DNA of 64,000 bases, taken from NCBI GenBank assembly GCA_043826565.1, contig JBDRPX010000019.1, positions 5,369 to 69,368 of the forward strand, read 5' to 3'. The number at the start of each line of letters is the position of its first letter. The stretch's first letter is position 1. Source of the stretch: Candidatus Omnitrophota bacterium. Lineage in GTDB: Bacteria; Omnitrophota; Gorgyraeia; B26-G9. Position numbers and translations under genes: made by a program. A model generated the notes under the pieces. The model made no database searches and had not been told where the DNA came from. It saw only the letters and a program-made list of their open reading frames with translations. Positions 28,442 through 38,173 of this stretch are shown one piece after another.

Positions 28442-31400
28442 ATGTTTAAATCAAGAAAAATTACAAAGGTAATTGCTGGCATTGTTCTGCAGGTGTTTTT
28501 CTTTTCAAATTTTGCTTTGTGCGGGGATATGAATATGTCTCCTGATAGGGTGCGGAAATCAGATACCCTTGCCCCCCATATCGCGATAGGAATATCTTCG
28601 ATGCAGCAGATGTTTGCAGATACAGTATATCCTAGATGGTCAGCCGGCCGGCAGCAGCTTTCCGTAAATACCGGTGCTAGCGAGAAAGTTTCAACAATAC
28701 ATACCATAGATAATTTAAAACAAAAAGTTAAAGCCGGTAAATCAAAAGGAGTTATTTTGGTAGCCGGAGGCGCCGGATATATCGGAGGGCATACTGACCG
28801 TGCTTTAATGCAATCCGGTTATGATATTGTAATTTTGGATAACCTGGTAAATGGCCGGCGTTTTGTAGTTGAGCGTAATCAGGCTTATGCTCAGGATAAT
28901 GATAAAATTTGTGTTTTTGAACAAGCAGATTTAAAAAATAGTGAAGATGTTCTCAAAAAATATAAAGAAGCGGGAATACCGATTGTCGGAACAATTCATT
29001 TTGCGGCATACATTGAAGTGGGAGTGTCCGTAGAGCGTCCGTGTGTTTATGCTTTAAATAATATTATTAATACTCTCCGGCTGCTTTATGCCGCAAAGAA
29101 ATATGGAGTTAAAAATATTGTATTTTCTTCGTCAGCCGCTGTATATGGGACTCAGAAGAAAATGCCTCTAGAGGAAGGCCGAAGAAAGCACCCCACCAGC
29201 CCTTATGGATTTAATAAATGGGTTATGGAATTAATGATTAAATCATTCCAGAAGCTGGGTATGTCTTGGATTGCCTTGCGTTATTTTAATGCTGCCGGGG
29301 CTGCTTCCGACGGAGCTTTAGGAGAATCTCATCCTCTTCCGGATTCACATGTAATCAGAGCGGTTTTTCGTAGATTTTTAGATGGATTGGCCGCGGCAAT
29401 ATTCGGCCGGGATTATCCCACGGCTGACGGTACTTGTGAACGTGATTATATCCATGTTGAGGATTTGGCAGACGCGCATGTCCGGGCAATTGAAGCTTTA
29501 ATTAACGGAAAAAACCAGGAAGCAATTAACCGAGCATATAATGTCGGAACCGGTGAAGGTCTTTCTGTGTTGGAGATGATTGGTCTGATTACTAAACTAA
29601 TGGGTAAGGTAGTTAAAAAATTCTTTGTCCGGGAAGAAGCCCGTCGAGCTGGTGATCCGCCGGCTTTGGTCGCCGATTCCAGTGATATTCAAAGGAACCT
29701 GGGATGGAAAGCAATGCGTGATCCGCAGGTAATTGTAAAATCAGCGATTAAATGGGATATTTCTCCCCGTCAGCCGGAAGAAATTTATGAACCAAAGCCG
29801 CTTCCGAATATCTCAGAGTATGATGCTTATCAGGAAATCAAAAAAGTTTTAGCAGAAGATAAATTGCTGCCTTTGGGAGTAAAACTTTATATTAAGTGGA
29901 AACTTTTATGGGAGATTAGAACGGCATTAAAGCAGCGTTATGCTAAGGCGGTTAAGTTACTTAAGGCCAAACAGAAAATATATGCGGATAATTCTGACCT
30001 GCAGAAGATGATCAGTGCAAATCTTTTCTTGTTAGAAAAATATAAATGGATTAGCATTGCTGACTTAAGTTTGTTTGGTAAAGGATCAGCTTTTGAAAGA
30101 ATGGATTCTCTGCTTCGTTTTATCGAAAAAGTTCAATGGCCTAAATTAGATAAACTTCCGGAAGATAAAGCTGAGCGTGAGCAATATATTCTTCAAGATC
30201 CGATAGTTGCTGATTGTAAAGCCCAAGAAGCTGTAAAAAATACTTTTTCTTATGATCAGGGGCATGTATTTGATTATTGGCTTCAGTTAAGCAGTGAGGG
30301 AAAAAAGGAATTGTTGGGTTGTCTTACGGTGATTAATTTTGAAGAAGCGTTTAGGCTTTATCAGGAAAACGTAAAAAATAAACAGGATATTAAAGTTGAT
30401 TTCGAATCATTGCATGCGCCGTCAAATATGATGACTGCCGAAGAGGCATTGGCAAGTAATCAGCATTTAATGGCAAATGCTTTACGCATGGGTAAAGTCG
30501 CGGTTTATTTACTTGCCGGAGGCAGCGGAACGCGTTTAGATTATGACCATCCTAAAGGGATGTTTGAGTCCAGCCCATTAAGCGGAGCTTCTTTATATCA
30601 GCAGTTTGCGGATGAGGTTAGGGAGTTGGGTAATCGTTACGAAGCAAAAATACCTTTACTTGTGCAGACTAGTGAAGGCACGGATGAAGAAACAAAAGTA
30701 TTCTTTGCCAATAATAATGATTTTGGGATCCAGGATTCTACCCGGTTTGAACAGCAGCGGAGTTTTCCGGTATTTGATAAAGACGGAAAATTTATTCTGA
30801 CGACAAAGAGTTCTATTCAGATCGGCGGTTTTGGTCATGGAGATGTTACGGATTTTGTTTTACGGAAAAACGACGTGCGCGGCTGGCTGCAGGATAATTT
30901 TGGGACAAAATATGTACTCATGGTTCAGGTGGATAATCCGCTTGCGGTTAAGCAATTAGAGGCAATGTTAGCGGCGCATTTAAAGGATGAACAGCAGCGC
31001 GCATATAATGCTCCGGAAAATGCCGCACATATCAGTTATGGGCTTATTGAAAAACTGGCCCCGGATGACCGGTTGGGAAATCTGGCGGAAACTGAAGAGG
31101 GTTTGTGGCAGATGGTTGAGTATTCGGAAGTCGATCAGCTAAGTGAAGCGGCAAAAAAGAAGATTGTTTCTGATGTGGGCAGTCCGAATATTTTAATGAT
31201 AAGTTTAGACGGTTTAGATAAATTGCCGGCACTTTCAGTGCATGTTGACCGCGGCAAAAAAGTTTTTTCAATGCAGGCCGAGGGAAAGGTTCCCGGAGAT
31301 AAAATGGAAACATTTGTTTTTGATACCCGGGCTTATGGCGCGGCAGTGGTCTTACCTAGATACAGCTCGTTTGCTCCGACTAAGAAAAGAGAGCGTGATG

Positions 31401-33169
31401 CTGCCGGTGTTTTAGCTGATGAAAGCAGGCTTACTGCTGTGGCGGTGCAGTCATATCATCATGCTAAGCAGTTAGAGAAAAAAGGCTGGATAATGCCTGA
31501 TATAGTGGTAGAAGAGGTAGAGGGTAAGTTTGTCCAAAGATATTCGGCACTTGTAGAAATGACTCCGGAGTTTTCCATTGGACAGATTGGCAGTAACGGA
31601 TTTTTAAATCCAGATGGAGGAACTCTTTTCTTAAGCGGAAACAGAACACATATTGGAGATAATTGTCGGATAGAGGGTGGATTATATATTGATGTAAAAA
31701 AGACCGGGGGGCCGCTGGTTGGCGGCGTAGTAAATATCGGTGATAATGTAACTTTTAAAGGTAATGTAAAAATTACTGTGCATGGACATGGAGTAATTCA
31801 TATCCCTGCCGGAGTAACTGTTGATCATGATATTACGGTTTTTGACGGAGAAGTTGTAACCTTATTTAATGAGTCTTTTGAGGGAAGACGGAATAAGGAA
31901 GCGCTGCAGTTTGCCGAGATGATGTTTAAAGACAGCGCGTCTAGTCAGGCAGCGTATGAATTCTTAAAAACCAATAAAACCATTATTAATACTTTTGCCG
32001 GAACATTAAAGGTAGAGTTAGTTCCGGATACTGATCGTATTTCCTATTCCGTGATTATTTCCGCCCGGAATAAAAACAATGACGGCTGGCAAAGAGTCGG
32101 CAATCTGCCGTTTACTTATTTTAGTTCTTTTGAAAATGGCCGGCAAATGGTTACTTTTCCTGATGCAAATGATATTGTTGATGAAAAATGGGTGGGAGTG
32201 GTCGAAGATTATTTGATGATGTTTGCGCTTACTTTTGGAGCGTTTAACGGGGTGAGGTCGCAGGATATTGTTAATGACAGTATTGATCGTAATTTTCTTA
32301 TGCGTTTAGGCTATGATCAGGCAAATAAAATATCTAAGGCCGGAGAAAAGATTGAAGTGATCAGATTTAATCTGCGCGAATTTTCCGCGCTTATGGATCG
32401 AGAACGTTTAACCGAAAGCTCTGTACTGCCTCAACAGAAAAAACTAGGCAGAGTCGATGATGGTTTTGAGGTAGTCGATGAGGTAAAAGCAGTATTTATT
32501 GATATCGGCGGTGTTTTAATCGCGCATGATTTCAGGAAACAGGCAAAAAATCTTAAACAGGCAGCGGGAGATACTAAATATTCGGTTGAGTGGATTGAAG
32601 AACAGTTAAGAGATGAGAGATTTTTAGCGCCTTATGAAAGCGGGGTTATAGACACTCAGGAGTTTTATCGTAGAGTAAAAGCTTTGTTTGGTTGGAATAA
32701 GTTGAGCTATGAAGATTTTGTTAAAGCTTATTTGGATATATATAGTCCGAATCGGGATAATATTGCTGCCTTGCGCAGATTAAAATACGCAGGTTATGAA
32801 ATTTATCTGGTGACCAATGCTGGCCCTTTGGTAAAAGAATTTTGGATGGAAACTTTTCCGGAGATGCATAACTTAGCCGACGGTGTTATTGCTTCCTGTG
32901 AGGTCGGGGTAATGAAGCCGGTTAGAGCGATTTATAAAGGAGCATTAAGAGTTGCCGGAATAGCCGATCCCCGACAGGTTATTTATATTGATGATGTCTA
33001 TGCTAATATTATCGGTGCTGAATTAGAGAAGATGAATGCACTTAAGTATAATCGAGGAAGTGACCTGGGAAATCTGATAAACACTGAGTTTACGAGAATA
33101 ATAACGCATAGTACTGTGGCCCTGCAGCGTATTAAGCTGGCGGTCCAGCTGATCAGCCAGTCAATTTAA
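28442..33169 (+). CDS. Signal-peptide-bearing multi-enzyme fusion: UDP-glucose 4-epimerase + UDP-sugar pyrophosphorylase (UAP/UGP-type) + beta-helix + unknown region + HAD sugar-phosphatase
   Basis: GGAGYIG, YGFNK, LRYFNAAGA, RDYIHVEDLADAH (GalE); LLAGGSGTRL, PKG, VDNPL, VEYSE, KMETFVFD (pyrophosphorylase); IGDN repeats; FIDIGGVL/KP/IDD (YihX-like HAD); C-terminus QLISQSI. Confidence 0.85.
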   Translation: MFKSRKITKVIAGIVLQVFFFSNFALCGDMNMSPDRVRKSDTLAPHIAIGISSMQQMFADTVYPRWSAGRQQLSVNTGASEKVSTIHTIDNLKQKVKAGKSKGVILVAGGAGYIGGHTDRALMQSGYDIVILDNLVNGRRFVVERNQAYAQDNDKICVFEQADLKNSEDVLKKYKEAGIPIVGTIHFAAYIEVGVSVERPCVYALNNIINTLRLLYAAKKYGVKNIVFSSSAAVYGTQKKMPLEEGRRKHPTSPYGFNKWVMELMIKSFQKLGMSWIALRYFNAAGAASDGALGESHPLPDSHVIRAVFRRFLDGLAAAIFGRDYPTADGTCERDYIHVEDLADAHVRAIEALINGKNQEAINRAYNVGTGEGLSVLEMIGLITKLMGKVVKKFFVREEARRAGDPPALVADSSDIQRNLGWKAMRDPQVIVKSAIKWDISPRQPEEIYEPKPLPNISEYDAYQEIKKVLAEDKLLPLGVKLYIKWKLLWEIRTALKQRYAKAVKLLKAKQKIYADNSDLQKMISANLFLLEKYKWISIADLSLFGKGSAFERMDSLLRFIEKVQWPKLDKLPEDKAEREQYILQDPIVADCKAQEAVKNTFSYDQGHVFDYWLQLSSEGKKELLGCLTVINFEEAFRLYQENVKNKQDIKVDFESLHAPSNMMTAEEALASNQHLMANALRMGKVAVYLLAGGSGTRLDYDHPKGMFESSPLSGASLYQQFADEVRELGNRYEAKIPLLVQTSEGTDEETKVFFANNNDFGIQDSTRFEQQRSFPVFDKDGKFILTTKSSIQIGGFGHGDVTDFVLRKNDVRGWLQDNFGTKYVLMVQVDNPLAVKQLEAMLAAHLKDEQQRAYNAPENAAHISYGLIEKLAPDDRLGNLAETEEGLWQMVEYSEVDQLSEAAKKKIVSDVGSPNILMISLDGLDKLPALSVHVDRGKKVFSMQAEGKVPGDKMETFVFDTRAYGAAVVLPRYSSFAPTKKRERDAAGVLADESRLTAVAVQSYHHAKQLEKKGWIMPDIVVEEVEGKFVQRYSALVEMTPEFSIGQIGSNGFLNPDGGTLFLSGNRTHIGDNCRIEGGLYIDVKKTGGPLVGGVVNIGDNVTFKGNVKITVHGHGVIHIPAGVTVDHDITVFDGEVVTLFNESFEGRRNKEALQFAEMMFKDSASSQAAYEFLKTNKTIINTFAGTLKVELVPDTDRISYSVIISARNKNNDGWQRVGNLPFTYFSSFENGRQMVTFPDANDIVDEKWVGVVEDYLMMFALTFGAFNGVRSQDIVNDSIDRNFLMRLGYDQANKISKAGEKIEVIRFNLREFSALMDRERLTESSVLPQQKKLGRVDDGFEVVDEVKAVFIDIGGVLIAHDFRKQAKNLKQAAGDTKYSVEWIEEQLRDERFLAPYESGVIDTQEFYRRVKALFGWNKLSYEDFVKAYLDIYSPNRDNIAALRRLKYAGYEIYLVTNAGPLVKEFWMETFPEMHNLADGVIASCEVGVMKPVRAIYKGALRVAGIADPRQVIYIDDVYANIIGAELEKMNALKYNRGSDLGNLINTEFTRIITHSTVALQRIKLAVQLISQSI

Positions 33170-33236
33170 TTAAATAGAGAGAAAAAATAAGAAAAGTTTT
33201 ACTGATTTTTGATCGCTGTCTTCTGATTTTTGGAGT

Positions 33237-33265
33237 TTGACATATCCGGGGGATTTTGGGATAAT
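33237..33265 (+). promoter_or_regulatory. Putative rlmN promoter
   Basis: TTGACA-N17-GATAAT. Confidence 0.55.
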
Positions 33266-33352
33266 CAGAAGGGGGACAGCACCTTTAAATTCACCGCTCC
33301 CGTTTTGGTTGATTACTAGTCGAGGAGCGGTTTTCTTATTTCTGAGGATAAT

Positions 33353-34384
33353 ATGAAAGAAGCGATAACAGGTTTTTTATTAGATGATTTAAAACAGCGC
33401 ATTATTGGTCTGGGACAGCCGGGGTACCGGGCTAAGCAGGTCTTAGAATGGGTATATAAGAAGAATGTGATTTCTTTTTCCCAAATGAAAAATATTCCTG
33501 CTGACTTAAAGCAGTTAATGGATGAAAAGTTTTGTGTAACCGATCTGATCACACAGGAGAAACTTGTTTCTAAAGACAAGACAGCAAAGTATCTTTTTCG
33601 GACGCATGATGGAGAACTTATTGAAGCAGTACTAATCCCTACGCAAAAAAGAACAACAGTGTGTATTTCTACACAAGCCGGCTGCGGGTACGGATGTACG
33701 TTTTGTGCCAGCGGTATCGGCGGTTTAAAACGTAATCTTTTTGTATCGGAGATTGTCAGTCAGGTGCTTTTAATAGAGCAGGATAATCCTCACCGGTCAA
33801 TTACCAATATTGTGATTATGGGTATGGGAGAGCCTTTGGCAAATTATGAGAATACGCTTAAGGCAGTGAGGATTATGAATAGCCCGGACGGGATAGGGAT
33901 CGCCGCGCGTAAAATAACTATCTCCACTTGCGGATTGCCGGAACAAATACTGCATCTTGCGCAGGAAGGGATTCAGGTGGAGTTATCGGTTTCTTTACAT
34001 GCGGCAAATGATGCTTTAAGAGATGACTTAATGCCGATAAATAAAAAATACAATATCGCGAAATTAATAAAGACTGTAAAAGAATACACCAAGCTTACGC
34101 ATCGGATAGTAACCTTTGAATATATAGTAATCGGCGGGGTTAATGACAGTAAAATAGATGCCCAGGGATTAGCCTCATTATTAAAGGGGGTTAGATGTAA
34201 GGTCAATCTTATTCCGTTTAACCCGGTTGAGGGATTAGCTTTCGATCCGCCGCGTCCGCTTAACATCGCGCAAATCGACCAGATGCTTAAAGACAGTTTA
34301 ATAAATGTAACGATAAGGCGTTCCCGCGGAGTAGATATTAAAGGTGCCTGCGGGCAATTACGAGCCGAAGTAGAGAGTAGATAG
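33353..34384 (+). CDS. rlmN: Dual-specificity RNA methyltransferase RlmN
   Basis: CISTQAGCGYGCTFCAS, MGMGEPL, SLHA, VNLIPFN, GACGQL. Confidence 0.96.
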   Translation: MKEAITGFLLDDLKQRIIGLGQPGYRAKQVLEWVYKKNVISFSQMKNIPADLKQLMDEKFCVTDLITQEKLVSKDKTAKYLFRTHDGELIEAVLIPTQKRTTVCISTQAGCGYGCTFCASGIGGLKRNLFVSEIVSQVLLIEQDNPHRSITNIVIMGMGEPLANYENTLKAVRIMNSPDGIGIAARKITISTCGLPEQILHLAQEGIQVELSVSLHAANDALRDDLMPINKKYNIAKLIKTVKEYTKLTHRIVTFEYIVIGGVNDSKIDAQGLASLLKGVRCKVNLIPFNPVEGLAFDPPRPLNIAQIDQMLKDSLINVTIRRSRGVDIKGACGQLRAEVESR

Positions 34385-34391
34385 AATATAT

Positions 34392-34535
34392 GAAAATTAT
34401 AAATTACAAATTACAACTGCCAAATTACAAACAAATTCCAATATACAAATAACAATAAACAAAAATATTTTGTGTTTTGAAATTTGGGAATTGTATATTG
34501 CTTGTAATTTGGATTTTGTTTATTGTAAATTAACA
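34392..34535. repeat. Heptamer-periodic inverted array, near-identical to 4790-4950
   Basis: AAATTATAAATTACAAATTAC...CAAATTCCAATATACAAAT / TTGGGAATTGTATATTGCTTGTAATTTGGATTTTGTTTATTG. Confidence 0.85.
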
Positions 34536-34558
34536 ATTGCACTATTTATGAGGTTTTT

Positions 34559-35050
34559 ATGTCCCTCCACTATATAATTGATGGATATAATGTTATCAAG
34601 CAGGTTACTTTTTTAACCGGTAAAAAACTTAGAGACGGAAGAGACGGGCTGGTAAGATTTATTGAGAAATACCGTCCTCAGGGAAGCGCGAAGAATGAAG
34701 TAACGATTGTTTTTGACGGTAAAGCGGAGATCAGCAGCCCGGCGATACAATCATCCGTACAGGTTATCTTTAGTAAGAATGAGACCGCGGATGATAAGAT
34801 AAAAAGGATGGTAGAGTCTGCCGGTAATTCCCGGCAGATGGTTATTGTCAGTGATGATAAGGAAATCATGTTTTACTGCCGTTCTTTAGGGGCGAATGTA
34901 AAATCCGTAAAGGAGTTTTTAGATAGTTCTTTTGCGGCTAAGAACAGGCTCAAACCTGCGGAAAAAATAGAGAAGGCAGAATTAAGCAGTGATATAGCGG
35001 ATAAAATTACTGAAGATCTAAAAAAACTTTGGCTGAATAAAGAAAATTGA
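34559..35050 (+). CDS. NYN/YacP-like ribonuclease domain protein
   Basis: IIDGYNV, IVFDG, ETADDKI, VSDD. Confidence 0.85.
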   Translation: MSLHYIIDGYNVIKQVTFLTGKKLRDGRDGLVRFIEKYRPQGSAKNEVTIVFDGKAEISSPAIQSSVQVIFSKNETADDKIKRMVESAGNSRQMVIVSDDKEIMFYCRSLGANVKSVKEFLDSSFAAKNRLKPAEKIEKAELSSDIADKITEDLKKLWLNKEN

Positions 35051-35178
35051 AAGTTGAATATTGAAAGTAGATAGGCGAAAAAATATTTTTTTAATTTTAC
35101 AATTTTCAATGTTTAATTTTCTATAGTCAGTTTTTATTTTTTTACAATTCTCAACTTTCAACTGTCAATATTCATATT

Positions 35179-36429
35179 ATGAATAAAACATATGACGTTA
35201 TTGTTGTTGGCGCTGGAGCATCCGGGATGATGGCTGCGGTACAGGCCGCGGAAAACGGTAATCGGGTTTTACTGTTGGAGAGAAATAAATCTCTGGGAAA
35301 AAAAGTTTTACTTACCGGGAACGGCCGCTGTAATCTTACCAATACCGCAGAACTTGGGGGATTTATTGAGCAAATCCCGGATTCCGGGAAGTTTCTTTAT
35401 AATGTTTTCAGCCAATTTTTTTCTGATGATCTTATTGGTTTTTTAAATAAATTCGGCCTAAAAACAAAAGTAGAAAATAATGGGAGAGTATTTCCGGTTA
35501 CGGATAATGCCGGGGATGTCGTTGATGTTTTTAAAGCTTCTCTTAAAAAAAATAATGTAACAATTAAGTTTAGCCGGCATGTAAGCGGCCTGATAATCGC
35601 GGATGGTTGTGCGCAGGGAGTTAAAACGGATTCCGGAGAAATATTTTCCGCACCGAGTGTAATAATTGCTGTTGGAGGGATGAGTTACCCGGAAACCGGT
35701 TCAACAGGTGATGGCTATGTTCTGGCTAAACAGGCACAGCATAAAATTATCCCGCCGTATCCGGGTTTAGTCGGATTGGATATAAAAGAATCATTTGTTA
35801 AGGAAGTGCAGGGAATCAGTCTGGATAAGGTGCAAATAACTCTAGTGGTAAAGGGAAAAAAGAAAGTTAGTAAATTTGGAGAGATGATCTTTACCCATTT
35901 TGGTGTTTCCGGGCCAATGATTTTGGATATTAGCACGTATATTCTAAAGGATGATTGCCCGGAACTGGTAATTGATTTTATGCCGGGATTTTCCCGGGAA
36001 GAGCTGTCTGCGTATATTGATGCGGCGATAAAAATTTCGCCGATTCAATTTTGCCGGAATTGTTTTAAGGAATTATTGCCGAAAAAATTTATTTACGCTT
36101 TAACTGATTATTTGGGGATTGCTGAAAGCAGAAAATTAAATCAGCTTACTAAAAAAGAAAAAACTTGCTTGATAAGTTCTTTGAAAGCGTTACAATTAAC
36201 AGTGAGAAGAACTCGCCCCTTAAAATATGCCATGGTTACCCGGGGAGGAGTATGTGTAAAAGAGATTGATCCGAAAACCATGGAATCAAAGAAGGTAAAA
36301 GGTTTATATTTTTGCGGCGAAGTGCTGGATATTGCCGGTTTGACCGGAGGGTATAACCTTCAGGCAGCTTTTTCAACAGGATATGCCGCGGGTAATGCCC
36401 AACTTAGGAGAGAATATAATGGGAAATAA
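35179..36429 (+). CDS. HI0933/BaiN-family flavoprotein oxidoreductase
   Basis: GAGASG, GNGRCNLTN, GRVFP, TGSTGDG, FTHFGVSGP, VTRGGV, GGYNLQAA. Confidence 0.92.
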   Translation: MNKTYDVIVVGAGASGMMAAVQAAENGNRVLLLERNKSLGKKVLLTGNGRCNLTNTAELGGFIEQIPDSGKFLYNVFSQFFSDDLIGFLNKFGLKTKVENNGRVFPVTDNAGDVVDVFKASLKKNNVTIKFSRHVSGLIIADGCAQGVKTDSGEIFSAPSVIIAVGGMSYPETGSTGDGYVLAKQAQHKIIPPYPGLVGLDIKESFVKEVQGISLDKVQITLVVKGKKKVSKFGEMIFTHFGVSGPMILDISTYILKDDCPELVIDFMPGFSREELSAYIDAAIKISPIQFCRNCFKELLPKKFIYALTDYLGIAESRKLNQLTKKEKTCLISSLKALQLTVRRTRPLKYAMVTRGGVCVKEIDPKTMESKKVKGLYFCGEVLDIAGLTGGYNLQAAFSTGYAAGNAQLRREYNGK

Positions 36430-36700
36430 TTTTAATTCATTGATGATTGTAGGTAAGTTGACCCGTTTTTTCTGGTCTTTATTTACTTTTAATTTCTTTT
36501 TTGGCTGGATACTGTTTGGTTTTGTGCGCTGGATTATGTTCGGAGGAATTTTGCTGGGATTATTGATGATCCCGATGTTACTGGGAAAAAACATTATTTT
36601 TAAATCGGCTCAGAGCCGGCCGGAACAGCCATATCAACACCGGCGTAATAAAACGACAAGTGATATTATCGATGTAGAAGCGGAAGTTGTCGACGAATAA
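36419..36700 (+). CDS. Small membrane protein
   Basis: SD AGGAG; hydrophobic N-terminal half; C-terminal DIIDVEAEVVD motif. Confidence 0.6.
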   Translation: MGNNFNSLMIVGKLTRFFWSLFTFNFFFGWILFGFVRWIMFGGILLGLLMIPMLLGKNIIFKSAQSRPEQPYQHRRNKTTSDIIDVEAEVVDE

Positions 36701-36710
36701 ATATTATCCT

Positions 36711-36735
36711 GTAGGGGCCGGGCTTGCCTCGGCCC
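36711..36735 (+). repeat. GTAG-type REP hairpin
   Basis: GTAGGGGCCGGGCTTGCCTCGGCCC. Confidence 0.7.
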
Positions 36736-36799
36736 GTTAAGAGGATTGACAAATATCCAATCTGCGTATACTATAGAGAAAAAAAGGAACTTTTTATCC

Positions 36800-37483
36800 A
36801 TGGGACGGACTTTAGCACTTATTATTGCCGCGCTGTTTTTATTAAGTAATTCTGTTTTTGCTATTCCTGCTGAAGGAGAATTCCTGCCGATAGCACATAA
36901 GAGTATATGGGGTGTGCAATTTAACAATATCTTTGCGCGTGATTTTAATAAAGTTGAAGGCAAAGCCGGAACCACGCAGTATTTTGTTAAGGCAAGTTAT
37001 GGTCTGAGTGAACGCCTGTTTATCGATGGTAAAATCGGTCTGGGCAAGGTGGTATTTAAGCGTAATGACGGCCTGAAATTAAATTTTCCCACGGGGTTTG
37101 CCGGAGGTTATGGATTCCGTTACTTATGCTATGACGATGCTCAAAAGAAAATAAAAGTTATTGCCGGGTTTCAGCATATCAGCTGTCATCCGTTTAAAGA
37201 TATCATAAGCAATATTAATCACCGGGTGATTTGGGATGAATGGCAGGGAACATTGTTATTAAAAAAAGATTTTGGTAAAACCGCAGTATATGCGGGGCCG
37301 CAATTAAGCTTAGCGCAGTTAAAATATAAGGTGGATGATTTTCGCCGGAGATTAAAGTCTGAAGATTCTCTCGGAGCGCTTTTAGGAATTGATTATCAGA
37401 TCGCGGAAAATGCCAGTGTGAATTTAGAATCCCGGATGTTTGATGAATGGGCGGTCAATATGGGTATGAGTTATCGGTTCTAG
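36800..37483 (+). CDS. Small outer-membrane beta-barrel protein
   Basis: Signal peptide (VFA), amphipathic strands, C-terminal MSYRF; promoter TTGACA-N17-TACTAT at 36746-36774. Confidence 0.7.
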   Translation: MGRTLALIIAALFLLSNSVFAIPAEGEFLPIAHKSIWGVQFNNIFARDFNKVEGKAGTTQYFVKASYGLSERLFIDGKIGLGKVVFKRNDGLKLNFPTGFAGGYGFRYLCYDDAQKKIKVIAGFQHISCHPFKDIISNINHRVIWDEWQGTLLLKKDFGKTAVYAGPQLSLAQLKYKVDDFRRRLKSEDSLGALLGIDYQIAENASVNLESRMFDEWAVNMGMSYRF

Positions 37484-37497
37484 AGGGAGAACTTATT

Positions 37498-38154
37498 GTG
37501 AACAGTATATTTAGGTTTAAAAAAATGCGTTTATATGCGGCATATCCGTTTGCGGCAATATATCTTTTTCTGGGGTATTGGTATGGAATGAGTTTTAGTA
37601 TCGGGGTATGGTGTATTATTTTAGGATTGATTATCCGTCTTTGGGCGGCCGGGTTTATTAAGAAGAAAAGAGAGCTGGCTGTTGCCGGGCCTTATGCAAT
37701 GGTGCGTAACCCTTTATATCTGGGGAATTTTTTGATGGGATTGGGGTTTTGTTTTTTTATCAGTAATCTGCTTGTTTCGCTGATTTATATAGCGTTATTT
37801 TTTGTTTTTTATACGGGAACGATACGGGATGAAGAGCTTCTTTTGACCCAGCTTTTTGGACAGGAATATCTTGATTATAAAGATAAAGTTCCTTCTTTAT
37901 TTCCGATGTTTAAGTCATATAAATCAAATCAGCCGGCGGCATATAGTGTTGCTCAGGTCGTGCGGAATGGGGAATTTATCCGGGTGGCGGCGACAGCGGT
38001 TGTGTTTTTCGCTCTTTATTTGCTGGAGTATTGCTGGCGCGGAGCGATCGTAAAAGATAAGTTGATAATACTTTGTTTGATGTTTGCGGCTGTTTTTGGA
38101 TTGCTGGTTCTAAGTATAATCCATCGCAAGAAATTTTCGAACAACCAACAATAG
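37498..38154 (+). CDS. Isoprenylcysteine carboxyl methyltransferase (ICMT/PEMT) family membrane protein
   Basis: IRLWAAG, GPYAMVRNPLYLG, EELLL...FGQEYLDYKDKVP. Confidence 0.85.
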   Translation: MNSIFRFKKMRLYAAYPFAAIYLFLGYWYGMSFSIGVWCIILGLIIRLWAAGFIKKKRELAVAGPYAMVRNPLYLGNFLMGLGFCFFISNLLVSLIYIALFFVFYTGTIRDEELLLTQLFGQEYLDYKDKVPSLFPMFKSYKSNQPAAYSVAQVVRNGEFIRVAATAVVFFALYLLEYCWRGAIVKDKLIILCLMFAAVFGLLVLSIIHRKKFSNNQQ

Positions 38155-38173
38155 TAATAGTCGAAATGAGATC

